DNA from: the human T2T-CHM13v2.0 reference genome, Homo sapiens
Assembly: GCF_009914755.1 (NCBI RefSeq)
Contig: NC_060932.1
Reading direction: 5' to 3' (one strand)
DNA length: 64,000 nucleotides
Shown here: piece by piece, positions 41,698-64,000 of the stretch
Numbering within the stretch: position 1 is the stretch's first letter
Layout: each line of letters opens with the position of its first letter
The notes under the pieces: model-generated
The model's input: only the letters and a program-made list of their open reading frames with translations
What the model was told of the DNA's origin: nothing
The model's database searches: none
Position numbers and translations under genes: made by a program

Positions 41698-44631
41698 GTA
41701 GAGTTTGGGTCTCACGTTACCCGGGCTGGTCTTGAACTCCTGAGCTCAAGTGATCCTCCTGCCTCGGCCTCCCAAAGTGCTAGGATTACAGGTAGGAACC
41801 ACCATGTCTAGCCTCCTAAAAAGGTTTCTATCAATCTAGGGTCCCAAACTATATGAGACTAGAGAGTTGAGCAGAGAATCCCTCATATTGGTCACCCGAT
41901 TCTACCTGTTAGATTCATGTCTGTTTTGCAGTCACAGTACTTAGCCGATTCCCATTTATCTGAGACCCACTAAGACCCCAGGTCCTTAACAGATGTGTAA
42001 GTGCAAAGTCAATTCATTTCAATTTTTCCTAATGGGCCACACATTCTTCCCTACTAGATATATCCTATTTATATGTTAGCCTCTGATGTTTTAAGAGTAT
42101 ATGTCATCACATCTTGACTCTAAATAAATGATACTGGGGCCTTATCAAGAAAACAAATGGAAATATTTGCACAGTTAGCTCTTAACTCCTTGAGTTTCAG
42201 CTTCTGGACCCAAGAAAAAAGTCATACTCTGTTGCAGCAACTCTTCTTTGCTAGAGATTAAGACAAAGACAGACAGACAGAGAGACACACACACACACAC
42301 ACACAATCTACAGACCAAGATTTTAGCTTTTGTTTCTTGTTTTAAGTCTGAAATGGAGTCAAACCATTAATCACCCGTTCAAATGACTTTTCTAGCACAC
42401 CTCATTTCCTTCTGTTAAAATTTCACCTTTCGCCTGGCACGGTGGCTCACACCTATAATCCTAGCACTTTGGGAGGCTGAGGCGGGTGGATCACCTGAGG
42501 TCAGGAGTTCGAGACCAGCCTGACCAACATGGTGAAACCCCATCTCTACTAAAAATACAAAAATTAGCCGGACATGGTGGCGGGTGCCTGTAATCCCAGC
42601 TACTCGGGAAGCTGAGGCAGGAGAATTGCTAGAACCCAGGAGGCAGAGGTTTCAGTGAGCCGAGATCACGCCATTGCACTCCAGCCTGGGGGACAGAGTG
42701 AGACGCCATCTCAAAAAAAAAAAAAATTCCACCTTTCAATGCATATCTTATTCTTTAAATCTCAGCTATCTTGGGCACCAGGGCATCAGACAGCACCCTT
42801 GGCACCTTGGAAAGTCCCAGAAAGTTGTAGATGGAAAGTGGAAATTTCATCTACCCATAGAGATGCAAAGAAGCCTTCCTTTGCAGTTATTTTAAGAAAG
42901 AAAAAAAAATCAACTAAGCACCATTTTCCTGGAAGTCAATACTGTGACTAGGTGGTAATCGGTTCACATAATAGGTGGGAGTTATTGTATAGGTTTAGGG
43001 TTACATTGGATAAAATAAGAAAAATGAAGATGCAGAGACTGAACTCTTCCTGAAAAAAAGAGAGCTCAAGGTTTCAATCTCTCACAAAGCAGTTGCCAAC
43101 CTTTTCAATCACTTCTTGGATACATTGGCCCCATTAATCCAGGAACCCAGAAACATCTTACAAACATCAATTAAGTCTGGCAACATGCTCTATTTACAAA
43201 TAGAGAAACTTGGGTGTTTAGGGACAGAGAAGCCCAACAATGAGTCAGGGCTGCTGTGGGCACTGGACCCAGGACTCTGGAATCTCCATCTCTGGCAGGG
43301 AGATGTGATCTACCTCTCAAGGGGATAAAATGTCCACATAAGAAACAGGTGGCAGAGAAGGAAGTGAATACACACATGTTGGGATGGCGCAAGACAACGG
43401 ATGGCCAACAGCACCCATTTGAAGCTGAAGGGAAGCCAACCCACCACCCCCAGTGTCATTTAATCAGATGGAAGATCAGCATTGCTGCAGCCCCTCCTTA
43501 GCAAAAACACTGCTCACCTTATGGCTTGTAAATTGATGCTGTGAGATACCCCATCCATCCTCACATCAAGGCTAGTTTTATCTGATGTGAGTTCAGAAAT
43601 GCCTATTCATCTCTGGCCAGGTAAGTTTGCATCATCAAATATTCCATTTGCAAGCCTACATGCTGAAATGGAACCCACCCCACAGTAAAGGGAGCCTCCA
43701 GAGGACAAACCCTCTGGCTTTTCCTGTCTCCCACAGAAGGGAAAGTTAAAAGGCTATGTATATCTAAAACACACAAAGCAAATCAGTGTGATTCCTAGAC
43801 TATAGGCTTTCGGTGCTAACTGACTGGCCTGTGTATTTAAGATCTAACAAAGTAACCAGCTAAGCTAATCGAGGCTAGCTTTGGCATACTAGATGAACAT
43901 AATCGAACGTTCCTTTGGGTGAAGCACTGCCCTTTCCGAACACCTGTGAAACAAATAATTCGGTAATATCATGGAGTGAATGGTTTTTGCCCAGTTTTTA
44001 CTGCAGAAGTGAAATAACCTGACACAATCTTTGGGAGCTACAGGCGAGCAGACATCCACCAGGATTAGGACCAGAGAGAAGAACTCTACCAACTCCAAAA
44101 GGAAACAATGCCCAGTTCTGCTCCGTCAAGGGCCCACCCGGGCTCCTTCCAACCTGGAGAAATCTTTACTAACATGGGGCCCAGGGCACACACCACACTG
44201 TTGTAACATTCTTTCTGTAGGGGCAAATTCTCTTCACCAACCCCCTAGGCAAGTATGAGGTAGGGGAAGGGGTTAGCAAGTCATGTGACAGCCGGCAAAC
44301 GCCATTCCCCTCCCCCAACCTCCACCCACCCCGCATTGTAAAGGCGTTGCGCCCGGGGTTAGCCTTTAGGGTGGGGGTGTCAGCTGGTTTCATGCCTCCT
44401 GTTCCTCTGCCCTGCGCCCTGGCCCAGTCATTCTCGGCTCGAAGTGTTCTTCTATTCAGTGAAATACCCAGGAGGCCTTCCACCCAAGCGAAGGCGAGTA
44501 TCAGACACGGGCTACCACCCTAGTAAGAAGAAGGCACCTGCCCACGTATAGTTGGAATTCATCTAAAATTCACTTAGTGCTTACTGTGTGCCAGACGCTG
44601 AGGGGCGTCCTGCAGATTCAAAAGCGCCCCA

Positions 44632-45239
<608 letters not shown>

Positions 45240-45242
<3 letters not shown>

Positions 45243-46300
45243 GCGCCCCAGATACGGCCCCTTCTTCCAAGAAGACCCAAAGCTGGCAGAGCTGGGCGGG
45301 ACAGCCGCAGAAGGGGAAGCCAGGTGAGAACACCAGCACCGGCCGAGGGCTCCGTCCCGAAAGGCCTTCCCCGCTGCTGCCCGGCTTACTCTCGAAGGGT
45401 CCAGCGCCCAGACCGCCCTGCCGGAGGGGTCCGCGCCCCCAGGCCGGGCCCTCCCCTCCCCGCCCGCACTCACTGCGTCTTCCTGCGGCCCTGGTCGCGG
45501 TGCAGATCCCGCAGGTCCACCTCGGCGCGGCCCAGGAACTTGTCGAGGCCGAGCAGCGCGCGGTGCAGCACGGTGAGCTGCAGGGTGGCGGCGGCCGCGG
45601 GTCCGGAGGACAGCAGCGATGGCAGCTCGAAGGTGGCCTCCTCGCGCCACACGGGCGCGCCCAGGCTGCGCTCCGACACGGAGGTGGCGTACTTCTCCTT
45701 GCCCACCTGGATCACCGCGTACGCGTCGCTCGTGCCCCCGGGGCCCTTGGCCCGCAGGCCCCGCGCCTGCAGCACCGTCACCTGCACGTGGGTTGGGGAC
45801 CACACGGCCCCCAGGCCCCGGCCAGCCGAGACCATTAGGGACATGGTGACGATAACACTCCAGAAGCGAGGAGAAGATCGCCGCGACTGGCGGCCTCCAC
45901 GGCCCGCCCCGGCGACCAGGCCACTTTAAGGCTTCCGGCCACACCCCCGCCAGGCCACGCCCCTCATGGCCAAGGCCACGCCCCTGCCCGAGCCGCCTGC
46001 TCCACCTGCTGCGCCGCGCCCCGCCCCGCCCCGCCCCGCCCCGCCGGCCTCAGCAGCGCGGGCAGCTCCGGGCACCCGGGCGCCGGAGGCGGGGCTGGCG
46101 CGGCCAGGCAGGCAGGGGATCACGTGCGCAGGGGCGGGCGCATCGAGAATCTAATCTGAGAGGTGGTAGGTGACGGATGGGGTCCCCAGCTGCCAAAGGT
46201 CGCACGGCGGGAAGGAGCTGGCCGAAGCACTGACTTGGAAGTCAGACCTCATTTCCAGGGTCACATCGCCAGTCGTGGCCTTGCGCGGATTACCTAACAT
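45240..46300. promoter_or_regulatory. CpG island and RAB11FIP1 promoter
   Basis: Very GC/CpG-rich region covering exon 1 and upstream. TATA-like CTTAAAG (minus, 45924-45930), ETS CCGGAAG (45932-45938), KLF/SP boxes (ccacaccc, two ggccacgccc), (GGGGC)5 at 46018-46042, E-box CACGTG at 46121-46126. Confidence 0.9.
45474..45844 (-). CDS. RAB11FIP1: RAB11FIP1 exon 1 coding part (371 nt), C2 domain
   Basis: ATG in GTCACCATGT context at 45844-45842. ORF MSLMVSAG...DQGRRKTQ; donor CA|GTGAGT (plus-strand actcac 45468-45473). Confidence 0.97.
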
Positions 46301-46384
46301 CAAGTCTCAATTTCTTCACCTGACAATCACCTCCTAGGATTGCTGTAAAAAATAATAATAATAATGCATTACAGTTCTTGGCCC

Positions 46385-49819
<3,435 letters not shown>

Positions 49820-51316
49820 TTAGTGCTGCTCCCCCAATAAAGAAAACAAGGCATAAAACCTAGCTGGACAGCCTCCCCAGCTGAGTATGAAACAAAGCAT
49901 ATCTTCCACCCATGGAAAGGATTAGAGGACAAAGAGGGTGGGGAAGTACCTGTGACCTCATGTGTTTGAGTTTCTGTGAGACACAAATAGACTTTGGTGA
50001 AAGCAGATGTGGTAGTTTGGAGGCAGGCACAGCTGCCTCACCACCCAGGAGAAATCCAGACCACTCTCATCAGACACTGACCACTGGCAGGGGTTAGCTC
50101 AAAGGAGTGGGGGCTTCCCAAGGCAGGAACTGGAAATTTTTCAGAGAAGGAAGAGGCCGGAGCCCCAGCACCAGGTGTGCCTTGCTGCCTCCAGCTGTTT
50201 GGTGGCTGTTTTTTCCCCTCCACCAGCCCAGAGCACGTTGTTCCCATGACTCTGCCCAGGAGTCACCCTCTGTCTTCTCCCAATTTTCCAGACCCAGAAT
50301 CCAGGCTGGGGGATGCACAGGGACAACAACAAGGGCAGTGACAAGGCAGGCACCCTGCAGGCCCCTGGCTCCCCACTGGCCCTGGGAAGACTCCACCGTG
50401 GCCGCTCCTCCCCACTCCCAAAGGCCAGGCTATGCTGGCCGGCTGAACCCGCGCAGGGTCACTGAGTTCCAGGAGTGTTTGTAAATACCTCCCGCAGCCA
50501 GGGTGCGGCAGAACAGGAAGGCTGCTCCTTCCTCCCATCCTGCCCTGCCTCCAGCTTGGACTGAAAGAGGAAGAGTTTCAATCAACCCTGAGCACATGGA
50601 CAAGCCTGGCAGGTTAGACTGGACAGGTGAGACACCTGTCCTCCTTCAAAAGCAGCAGAGCAGAGAGTGCCAGGACTCCCAGCCACCTAGATGGCCCTGG
50701 GCAGCCGAGCTGTGCAGTTAGAGCTGATGAGAAGGCAGGGCTGTGTCTAGACCAGCGGGAAGCACCTCTTCCATAAGAGAGTCCCTGGGGCCACGCTGGG
50801 GAAGAGGAGAAAAGGGGTTCCAGGGAGAGAATCCTCCTGACAGTCACTCCCCCAGAGCCCTTCAGTGTCCCTGATGCCCCTGCTGCAGGGACACTAGCTC
50901 AGAAACCATCTCTGGGGACTCCAGGTGGGCTCTTGTGCTAGCCCATGGAGGAGCAGAAAGGGGCTGGAAATGGCTCCTTGACCTTCTGCTCTGCTTCAGA
51001 CTCTGGGATGTGGTGACAAATGTCCACACAGGGTGATTCACTCACCTGGCTCTAAACAGCCCTCGGGCTTCCCCGTGTCCAGCTGCCTCAGCCTCCTGCC
51101 CACTTGGTTGGCCGTGGGCACCTTTCAGTTGTAGGTTTGAGGAGCAAGGGCTTCCTGCCTTGGGGGGTCAGTGAGAAGAAGGGAGGTCAGAGTGCCTGAC
51201 ATCGGGTTCTCTTTCCCTTGCCCCAGTAGCTGTGGCAATGTGGAGGTTGAAACCATGGCCCAGGCACCTTGGTAGCTGTTTTCTCCCCTTTACCAAGGCA
51301 AAACACATTGTACTGA

Positions 51317-51502
<186 letters not shown>

Positions 51503-52136
51503 TGAATTCCTGAGCTCAAGCAATCCTCTTGCCTCGGCATCCCAAAGCAGTGGCTTGTAGGCACGAGCCACCGTGCCGGCCAGTAGGGCACCTCTGTGTT
51601 ACCATTTCTAGCTTTCCTGATTGCTTGCAAATAGAAGGCAGTTCAAGGTAAGTAGAAGATCCATAAATGACGTGCAAGCCTTCAGCATGGACAGAAAACC
51701 GGACAGAAAATGATCTCAACAGGCAAGTGGCTAACCATTTCCCCTGCAACCGTGTTAAGAGCATGGCTTTGTTGAACAAAACTTATGTTATAGATAATGC
51801 AAAGGTATTGTCTTTCCAATTTGTCAGGTCCCCTCAAAGAAGACCCCTGGATCCCACAAATACAATGTAGTAGAAAATGTGCACCCCTTTCCTTCCCTTC
51901 CCACTGCACAAATCCTTCCTTTAGGCCTCTCCTAGCCAGATTGCTTCTGTTTCCTAGTTTATTTCTTATGCTTTATTCAGGACTTGCTTTATTCACTTGG
52001 TATCATCTCAAAAGCAGGAAATGGGCACCTCATCTTTGTTTCTTGTTTTGGTTTTTTGTTTGTTACTTTGTTTTTAGAGACAGGGTCTCACTCTGTCACC
52101 CAAACTGGAGTGCAATGATGCAATCATCACTCACTG

Positions 52137-52563
52137 TGTTATCGGATAGGAAGTCTTGACTGTGAGTTGTCCAGGTTCTTGACTCATTGAATGAAGAATT
52201 GAACAAAACACACAAAGCAACAAAAGGAAAAAGCAATGAAAGCGCAGATTTATTGAAGTGAAAGCGCATGCCACAGAGTGGGAGCAGGCTCTAGCAAGCG
52301 GCTCAAGAGCCCCAACTGCAAAGTTCTTTAGGGTTTTTATTAAGATAAGAGAATTTGGTAACACCCCAGGTGCCCTTTAGAGGCCTCCATTGGTTACACC
52401 CTATGAAGGATTGGCACGCAACCAATCGGAGTCTGAAGTGTTATCAGAGGAGCGAGGATGTGGCCTGGATGTTGCCTAATCTTGCCTAGAACTGGCTGCA
52501 CCTGTTGTTCTTTTGCTTATGCCTTAACCCTTAGTTACCCTGATTCCCTATTCTCCTACCTTA
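52137..52563 (-). mobile_element. ERV1 MER4-group solo LTR (LTR15/MER51-like) inserted inside an Alu
   Basis: Minus strand begins TAAGGTAGGAGAATAGGGAATCAGGGTAAC and ends ...CCGATAACA; exact 4-bp TSD actg (52133-52136, 52564-52567); Alu sequence resumes on both sides. Confidence 0.8.
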
Positions 52564-52942
52564 ACTGCAACCTTGACCTCTTAGGTTCAAGCAATCCTCC
52601 TGCCTCAACCTCCCAAGTAGCTGGGACTACAGCTGTGTGCCACTATGCCTGGCTAACTTTTAATTTTTTGTAGAGATGGGGTCTCACTGTGTTGCCCAGG
52701 CTGGTCTCAAACTCCTGGCCTCAAGCCGACCTCCCACCTGGGCCTCCCAAATCAGTGGCTTGCAGGTATGAGCCACAGTACCAGGCCAGTACTTCACCTT
52801 TGTACCACCATTTCTAGTTCTCCTGATTCTTTGTAAATAGAAGGCAGTTCAAGTTAAGTAGAACAGACACAAATAACTTGCAAAGCTTCAGCATCTGTCC
52901 GTTCAATCCTTGCCACCTTTAGCCCTACACCCTGTATAATTA

Positions 52943-53101
<159 letters not shown>

Positions 53102-53322
53102 TTATTTTTTGGCTGGACATGCCTGTAATCTCAGCATTTTGGGAGGCCGAGGAGGGTGGATAACTTACGGTCAGGAGTTTGAGACCAGCCTGGCCAACAT
53201 GGCAATACCCTGTCTCTACTAAAAAAATATAAAAATTAGCCTGTGATGGTGGGTGCCTGTAATCCCAGCTACTCAGTAGGCTGAGGCACAAGGATCGCCT
53301 GAACCCAGGAGGCAGAGGTTAA

Positions 53323-53562
<240 letters not shown>

Positions 53563-53917
53563 TGAAGCAATTCTCCTGCCTCAGCCTCCTGAGTAACTGG
53601 GATTACAGGCACGCACCACCATGCCCGGCTAATTTTTGTATTTTTAGTAGAGATGGGGTTTCACCATGTTAGCCAGGCTAGTCTCTCGAACTCCTGACTT
53701 CAGGTGGTCCGCCCACCTCAGCCTCCCAAAGTGCTGGGATTACAGGTGTGAGCCACTGCACCCAGCCAGTAACAAGATTTTTAAAAATAAACTTCATTAA
53801 AATGTAGCATAGTTATAATAAAGGAAAGAGGATGAAAAGAAAAATGTATTATAGCCATCCTATGCAGAAAAAGTGTACCAAAATGTTTGGTTTGGTGAAT
53901 TTTCACCACCCAGGTAA

Positions 53918-54224
<307 letters not shown>

Positions 54225-54429
54225 TAGCCAGGATGGTCTCGATCTCCTGACCTCATGATCTGCCCACCTCGGCCTCCCAAAGTGCTGGCATTACAGGCAT
54301 TAGCCACTGCGCCCAACCCCCTGTCCTAATTTCTATCTTCATACATTAGTTTTGCTTTTTTTTTTTTTTTTTTTTAAGTGACAGGCTCTCATTTGTCATC
54401 CAGGCTGGAGTGCAGAGGCACAATCATAG

Positions 54430-54816
<387 letters not shown>

Positions 54817-55141
54817 TGATCCACCCACCTCGGCCTCCCAAACTGCTGGGATTACAGGCGTGAGCCACCACACCCGGCCAGTCTGACTTCTTTCAATCAG
54901 CATTATGTTTATGAGATTCACTAATGCAGTTCCTGTAGCAGTAATTTTTTCATTCATATTGGTTTATAGTATTCCATGGTATGAATATACCACAATTTAT
55001 TTTCCATTCTAAAGCTGATAGACATTCATGTTATTTGTAGTCTGGGGCCTGCAGTGGACTGAAGGATGGCTCTCCAGAAGATATGTCCATGTCTTAATCC
55101 TCAGACATGTGAATGCTACCTTGTTTAGAAATAAGGGTCTC

Positions 55142-55450
55142 ATGGGGCATGGTGGTATGCACCTGTAGTCCCAGCTACTCAGGAGTCTAAGGCTGGAAGA
55201 TTGCTTGAGCCCAGGAGTTCTGGGCTGTAGGGCACTAGGTTGATTTGGTGTCTGCACTAAGTTCAGCATCAATACGGTGAGCTCCTGGGAGCATGGGACC
55301 ACCAGGTTGCCTAAGGAGGGATGAACCATCCCAGGTTGGAAACGGAGCAGGTCAAAACTCCTGTGCTGATCAGTAGTGGGATCACACCTGTGAACAGCCA
55401 CTGCACTCCAGCCTGGGAAACATAGCGAGACCCTATCTCTAAAATAAATA

Positions 55451-55452
<2 letters not shown>
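55142..55452 (+). pseudogene. Full-length 7SL (SRP RNA) retropseudogene
   Basis: Alu-domain 5' end, then S domain (gtgtctgcactaagttcagcatcaata...gaccaccaggttgcctaaggagggatgaacc...aggttggaaacggagcaggtcaaaactcc), then Alu-domain 3' end and A-rich tail. Imperfect TSD aaataagggtct / aaacaagagtct. Confidence 0.93.

Positions 55453-55455
<3 letters not shown>

Positions 55456-55505
<50 letters not shown>
55456..55505. repeat. (TA)25 microsatellite at the 7SL pseudogene tail
   Basis: Counted directly. Confidence 0.92.
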
Positions 55506-55509
<4 letters not shown>

Positions 55510-55822
55510 CAAGAGTCTTCGCCAATGTAATTAAATTAAGGCCCTTGATATGACACGATCATCTCGGATTATCCAGAAGGACCCTCACTCCAGTGACAAG
55601 TGTCCTAACAGAACAAGGCAGAGCGAGACTACACAAACAGGAGGAGAAAGACCTGAGAAGGAGGAGGCAGAGATGAGACTGATGCATCCACAAACCAAGG
55701 AATGCCCAAGGCCACCAGAAGCCAGAGGACACGAGTGACAACACCTCCCTAGAGCCTCTGGACAGAGTTCAACCCTGCTGACACCTTCATTCTGGACTTT
55801 CAACCTCCAGAGCTGACAGTGA

Positions 55823-56183
<361 letters not shown>

Positions 56184-56427
56184 TGACAGCAGCCACAGGA
56201 AGCGAATACAGGGGTATGGGGAATGAAATCGCTCTAAATTCTCCTCTGTCTTTCAGTGCATAGACATAAGTGTGCACCCACACCCAAGAATGGAATTGCT
56301 GGATCACAGGGTGGGTGTATGTTCAGCACTAAGAGATATTGCTAAACAATTTTCTAAAGAGGTTATAGCAATTTATACTCCCACCAATGTTTGAGATCCA
56401 GTTTCTCCACATGGTTGTCAGCCTCAG

Positions 56428-57195
<768 letters not shown>

Positions 57196-57882
57196 TTTAG
57201 TATTGTCTTTTGCATTTCACCCTTCTGGCGGCTGTGCAATAGTTTTAATTTTTATTTCCCTGGTGACTAATGAGGCTGTATGCTTTTTCTTAAGCTTTTT
57301 CACCATTTGGATATGGTTTTCTCGTGATGGGCCTACTCATATCTTTGGCCCATTTTTCTTCTGTCTTTGTATTGATTTGTAGATGTCATTACAAAGATAG
57401 AGATATCAAGTCTATAATGTAATGCAAGTATCCTCTCCCACTCTGTGGCATGCCTTTTCACTCTCTTAGTGGTGTTTCTTGATGAAAAGCAGTCTTAATT
57501 TTAATGACACCCAAATGATCAATCTTTTCTTTTATGGTTAGTGCTTTAAGTCCTTTCTAAGAAATCATTGCTGTCTCAAAGTCATGAATATATTCTCCTT
57601 TATTGTCTTATAAAAGCATTTTGGTTTGCCTTCCACCTTTATATTAGCAATCCACCTAATTTTTTGTATTATTCAAAGTTAATTTTTTTGAGACAGGGTC
57701 TTGCTCTGTCACCCAGGCTGCATGATCATGGCTCACAGCAGCCTCAACCTCCCAGGCTCAAGTGAGCCTCCTACCTCCGCCTCCCAAGTGTTAGTAGCTG
57801 GGACTATAGGCATGAGCCACAATGCTTGGCTAATTTTTGTAGTTTTTGTAGGTGTAGGGTTTCTCCACATTGCCCAGGTTAG

Positions 57883-58281
<399 letters not shown>

Positions 58282-58706
58282 TAATTTTTTAAAAAACATA
58301 AAATTATGAACTTTCATACAGACATAAAAATAAACATGTTAAAATTTTATTACACTTATTATTAAGAAAAACTAGTAAGGTGTTACAACCAGTTCAAAGG
58401 TGAATCCAAAGAATAGACGCATTTAGAGACCAGAAATATTGAAATGAATATGCAAATGGAGGCAAAGCTTGTTTTTCTGGAGGAGGGGGCAGGGAGTGTC
58501 CCTCCACTAGACAATTTGCTTTTATGAATTTTGCATTGCTTTCAATTGTCTACCAGACACAGAGCTGTAAAATAGCTATCATAGAATCAAAATCAGATAA
58601 TCCAGAGAATGTACTATAGATAATGCAATTTTCCACTGAAGCACAAAATTTTCCCTACCATATAGTATCTGTTGGGATCAAGATTCATTTTTCCCCATAT
58701 GAATAC

Positions 58707-60634
<1,928 letters not shown>

Positions 60635-60810
60635 ATATCCCATAGACCCAGTGCCATTTATTGAATGACCCAGCTTTCCCCTATGGGCCCGTCAATATCA
60701 TGTTTCTGAACTCTATTCTGTTCCCTGGTCTATTTCATTATTACTGAACCAATACCATACTGTCTTAATTACCACAGTTTCATGACACATCTTAATATCT
60801 AGTAGTGTAA

Positions 60811-61050
<240 letters not shown>

Positions 61051-61073
61051 TGAGTGCCACCGCGCCCAGCTAA

Positions 61074-61244
<171 letters not shown>

Positions 61245-64000
61245 TAGCTAGCCACAGTGGCTCATGCCGGTAATCTTAGCATTTTGGGAGGCTGAGGCAA
61301 GAGGATCAGTTGAGCTCAGGAGTTTGAGATCAGTCTGGGCAACACAACGAGATCCCATCTCTACAAAAAAATTTTAAAAATTAGCCAGGCATGGTGGCAC
61401 ATGCCTGTGGTCCCAGGTACTCGGGAGGAGGATCGCTTGAACTCAAGATTTGGAGGCTGCAGTGAGCTATGATTATGCTACTGCATTCCAGCCTGGGGGA
61501 CAGAGCAAGCCCTATCTCTAAATAAATAATAATAATAAATAAAGTTTCAGTCTTATGAGTTTAGAGCTTTAGCAGCTCTGCTTCTAAAGCATCAAGGGAA
61601 AGTTCATGAGTCCATAATGACAAGATGGTTAAAACATCCCACTCCACCCCACCGGAAAACTTGGTGGTAACAGCAGCAACCCTAGAAAAATGCCCAGGGG
61701 AGACATCGGGAATCCCAGGGGCCCAAAGTCATGGCTATCTGATTCTGCTGCCTTTTCCCATAAGGAGTTCATCTCTCTCCCACCAGTCTTGGAGGCTTCT
61801 AGATATTATAGTCCCTGAGGGATGTAGTAATTTTCTTACATCAGCACAAGGTTCAGCAAATATCAAAACATCTAACCTTTTAGAGCTGTGTTTTTCTATT
61901 TATTTGTACCCTGTCCTGTTTCAAAAAAGATTTAAGGTTGTTTACAACACCACATAAATGAAGTTAAACAACATAAATTAGAACACCATGAGAAAGGTGA
62001 GGCCAAGGGAACACAAGGGTAGGGACACAGAGGTATGCTAAGAGTGAACACCAGCGTGCAGTGAGGTTCCACGGGCTTTGGAGTGCAGGGCTTTTTAAAA
62101 CTTGCTGAAGCTGCCAAACCAGTGTTGTGTTCTCACATCCCAGAATCCTAGCATTGTTGGGGGCAAAGCCCAGTGAAACAATCAAATACTGATCCCCAGG
62201 GTAGAAGGAGACCTCCTCCCTAATCCCACGCTCTAACCCACACAGAAAGCACCACAGTTCTGGAACCTGTGTAGTTCACTGGATAAAAATATGAAATTTA
62301 AAAATGCATGTAAGGAGAGGTTTTTCAAGTGTTTTGTCTGTTTTGCTGTGGAGCCCCAGAAATCTGAGAGCAATTCCAGCTTCCTAAGGAAAGGAGGTAA
62401 TCCTAGGGTCAGGAGGAGCTCATAAAGCTGTTGAAGCTACCCTGAGCTGAGGAGTGGGTGAGTCAGCCCAGCCCATGGAGGGGTGTGTGAGGATGCCTTC
62501 GAACTTCCTCACCCCTCTCAGAAAGGCTGCACCTGAGCCGCATTCCAGAGACGTTTGGGATACCAACACACGTGGGAAACACACATGAAAACAGATCTCA
62601 GCCCTCCCTCCTCCCTGGGGCCAGCAGAGGAGCTCTAAGGAGCTTAAAGAGGAAGAAGACTCCCACCTTCCATACCTTCCTCTGCCCTGGCAGATGGAAG
62701 GGAGAGTTACCCGGGTGCAGGGGCTGACCTCTCAAGTTAAAAGCTCAGGTTTCTTGTTCTTGGTGCCCAGGTTTGCTAAACAGCACCATCTGCTGCCTCA
62801 GAAGTCATGCAACTGGAAAGTAGCAATGCACATGTGAACCTTCCAGGTTCCCGATTAGGGTGCGCCCGTGAGACTCTCCTGAAAGGCAGAGGGCAGGATA
62901 CACCTGCAGGCCAGCTTTGTGCTCCCTCCTCCCGCCCTTCCAATTAAACTCACTTTTTTTTTCTTTTTCTTTCTTTTCTTTTCTTTCTTTCTTTCTTTCC
63001 TTTTTTTTTTTTTTTTTTTTTGAGACAAGTCTCACTCTGCTGCCCAGGCTGGAGTGCAGTGGCACAATCTCAGCTCACTGCAACCTCCGCCTCCTGGGTT
63101 CAAAGCAATTCGCCTGCCTCAGCCTCCCGAGTAGCTGGGATTACAGGCGCATCCCACCATGCCCAGCTAATTTTTGTATATTTAGTAGAGACAGTGTTTC
63201 ACTATGTTGGCCAGGCTGGTCTCAAACTCCTGACCTCAGCCTCCCAAAGTTCTGGAATTACAGGCATGAGCCACTGTGCCCGGCCCTTCAATTAAACTTA
63301 CCCATTTTCTATAGCTTTACACTAATTCCAGCACTGGCACCATCAGTGATCCCACCATCATTAACTTACCATTGACAAAACAGGCCCTAGACCAAAGTCT
63401 GTCATTGAGCTTCTGCACTTTCTAGAAGGTAGGGATGGGTAACTGCCCAGGGTCTGGTAGGGTAGACCCTAAACATTCTCATGGAGGATATGATGGCCAG
63501 TAACTAAAAATTATGGTGAAGGCCAGGCACAGTGGCTCACGCCTGTAATCCCAGCACTTTGAGAGACCAAGGCAAGAGGATCACTTGAGGCCAGGAGTTC
63601 GAGACCAGCCTAGGCAACATAACAAGACCTCACCTCTAAAAAAAATTTAAAAATTAGCTTGGCCTGGGCTCACCCCAGGAGGTCGAGGATGCAGTAAGCC
63701 ATGAACGTGCCACTGCACTCCAGCCTGGGTGGCAGAGTGAGATTTTGTCTTAGCATTTAAGTGTCTTACATTTAAGTTCAGTAGTGTTACGTACACTGAC
63801 ATTGTTGTGTAACCAATCTCCAGAGCTCTTTTCCTCTTAGCCCCAGTAACATTTCTAGGCCATTCTCCCCCTCCTCCCATTCCAACCTCTATTTCTGCTG
63901 CAATCCACAGAGTTCTTCTTGGTCACCATATATCTTTCATTGATACCATGAATCTTTGTGAAGCTCACAAAACATGCTCCTGTTCACTTAGTCATTTCTC

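Noticed and set aside
50681-50698. CTCF-like gccacctagatggccct
   Set aside because: Mismatches in the 5' core and 3' end; not supportable without ChIP data.
55009-55512. 167-aa minus-strand ORF starting MFLYIYIYI
   Set aside because: Reads through the (TA)n tract and the antisense 7SL pseudogene.

Overview
Human (primate) genomic DNA, very Alu-rich, containing the whole RAB11FIP1 (Rab-coupling protein, RCP) gene on the minus strand. Six coding exons with canonical GT-AG borders (45474-45844, 23506-23948, 20912-21719, 17675-19576, 16817-16925, 9300-9518) sum to 3852 nt = 1283 aa, with an N-terminal C2 domain and a C-terminal FIP-type Rab11-binding domain. Skipping the 1902-nt exon 4 gives an in-frame 649-aa form. 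The gene has a CpG-island promoter at ~45.2-46.3 kb and a ~3.9-kb 3'UTR ending near 5350. The rest is intronic or intergenic: many nested Alus, a full-length 7SL pseudogene, ERV1 and MaLR solo LTRs, MER20/MER58, L1/L2/MIR relics and microsatellites. I found no convincing wholly new biological system. The best leads are an unidentified ~1.1-kb retroposed 3'UTR-like insert at 288-1386, a dense miR-205/miR-144/miR-17 seed cluster, a PP1 RVxF motif confined to the alternative exon, inverted Alus around exon 2 (circRNA), a GAS-bearing MER41 LTR in intron 1 and an old Alu+flank duplication. Repeat subfamily names are by eye, and repeat boundaries are approximate.
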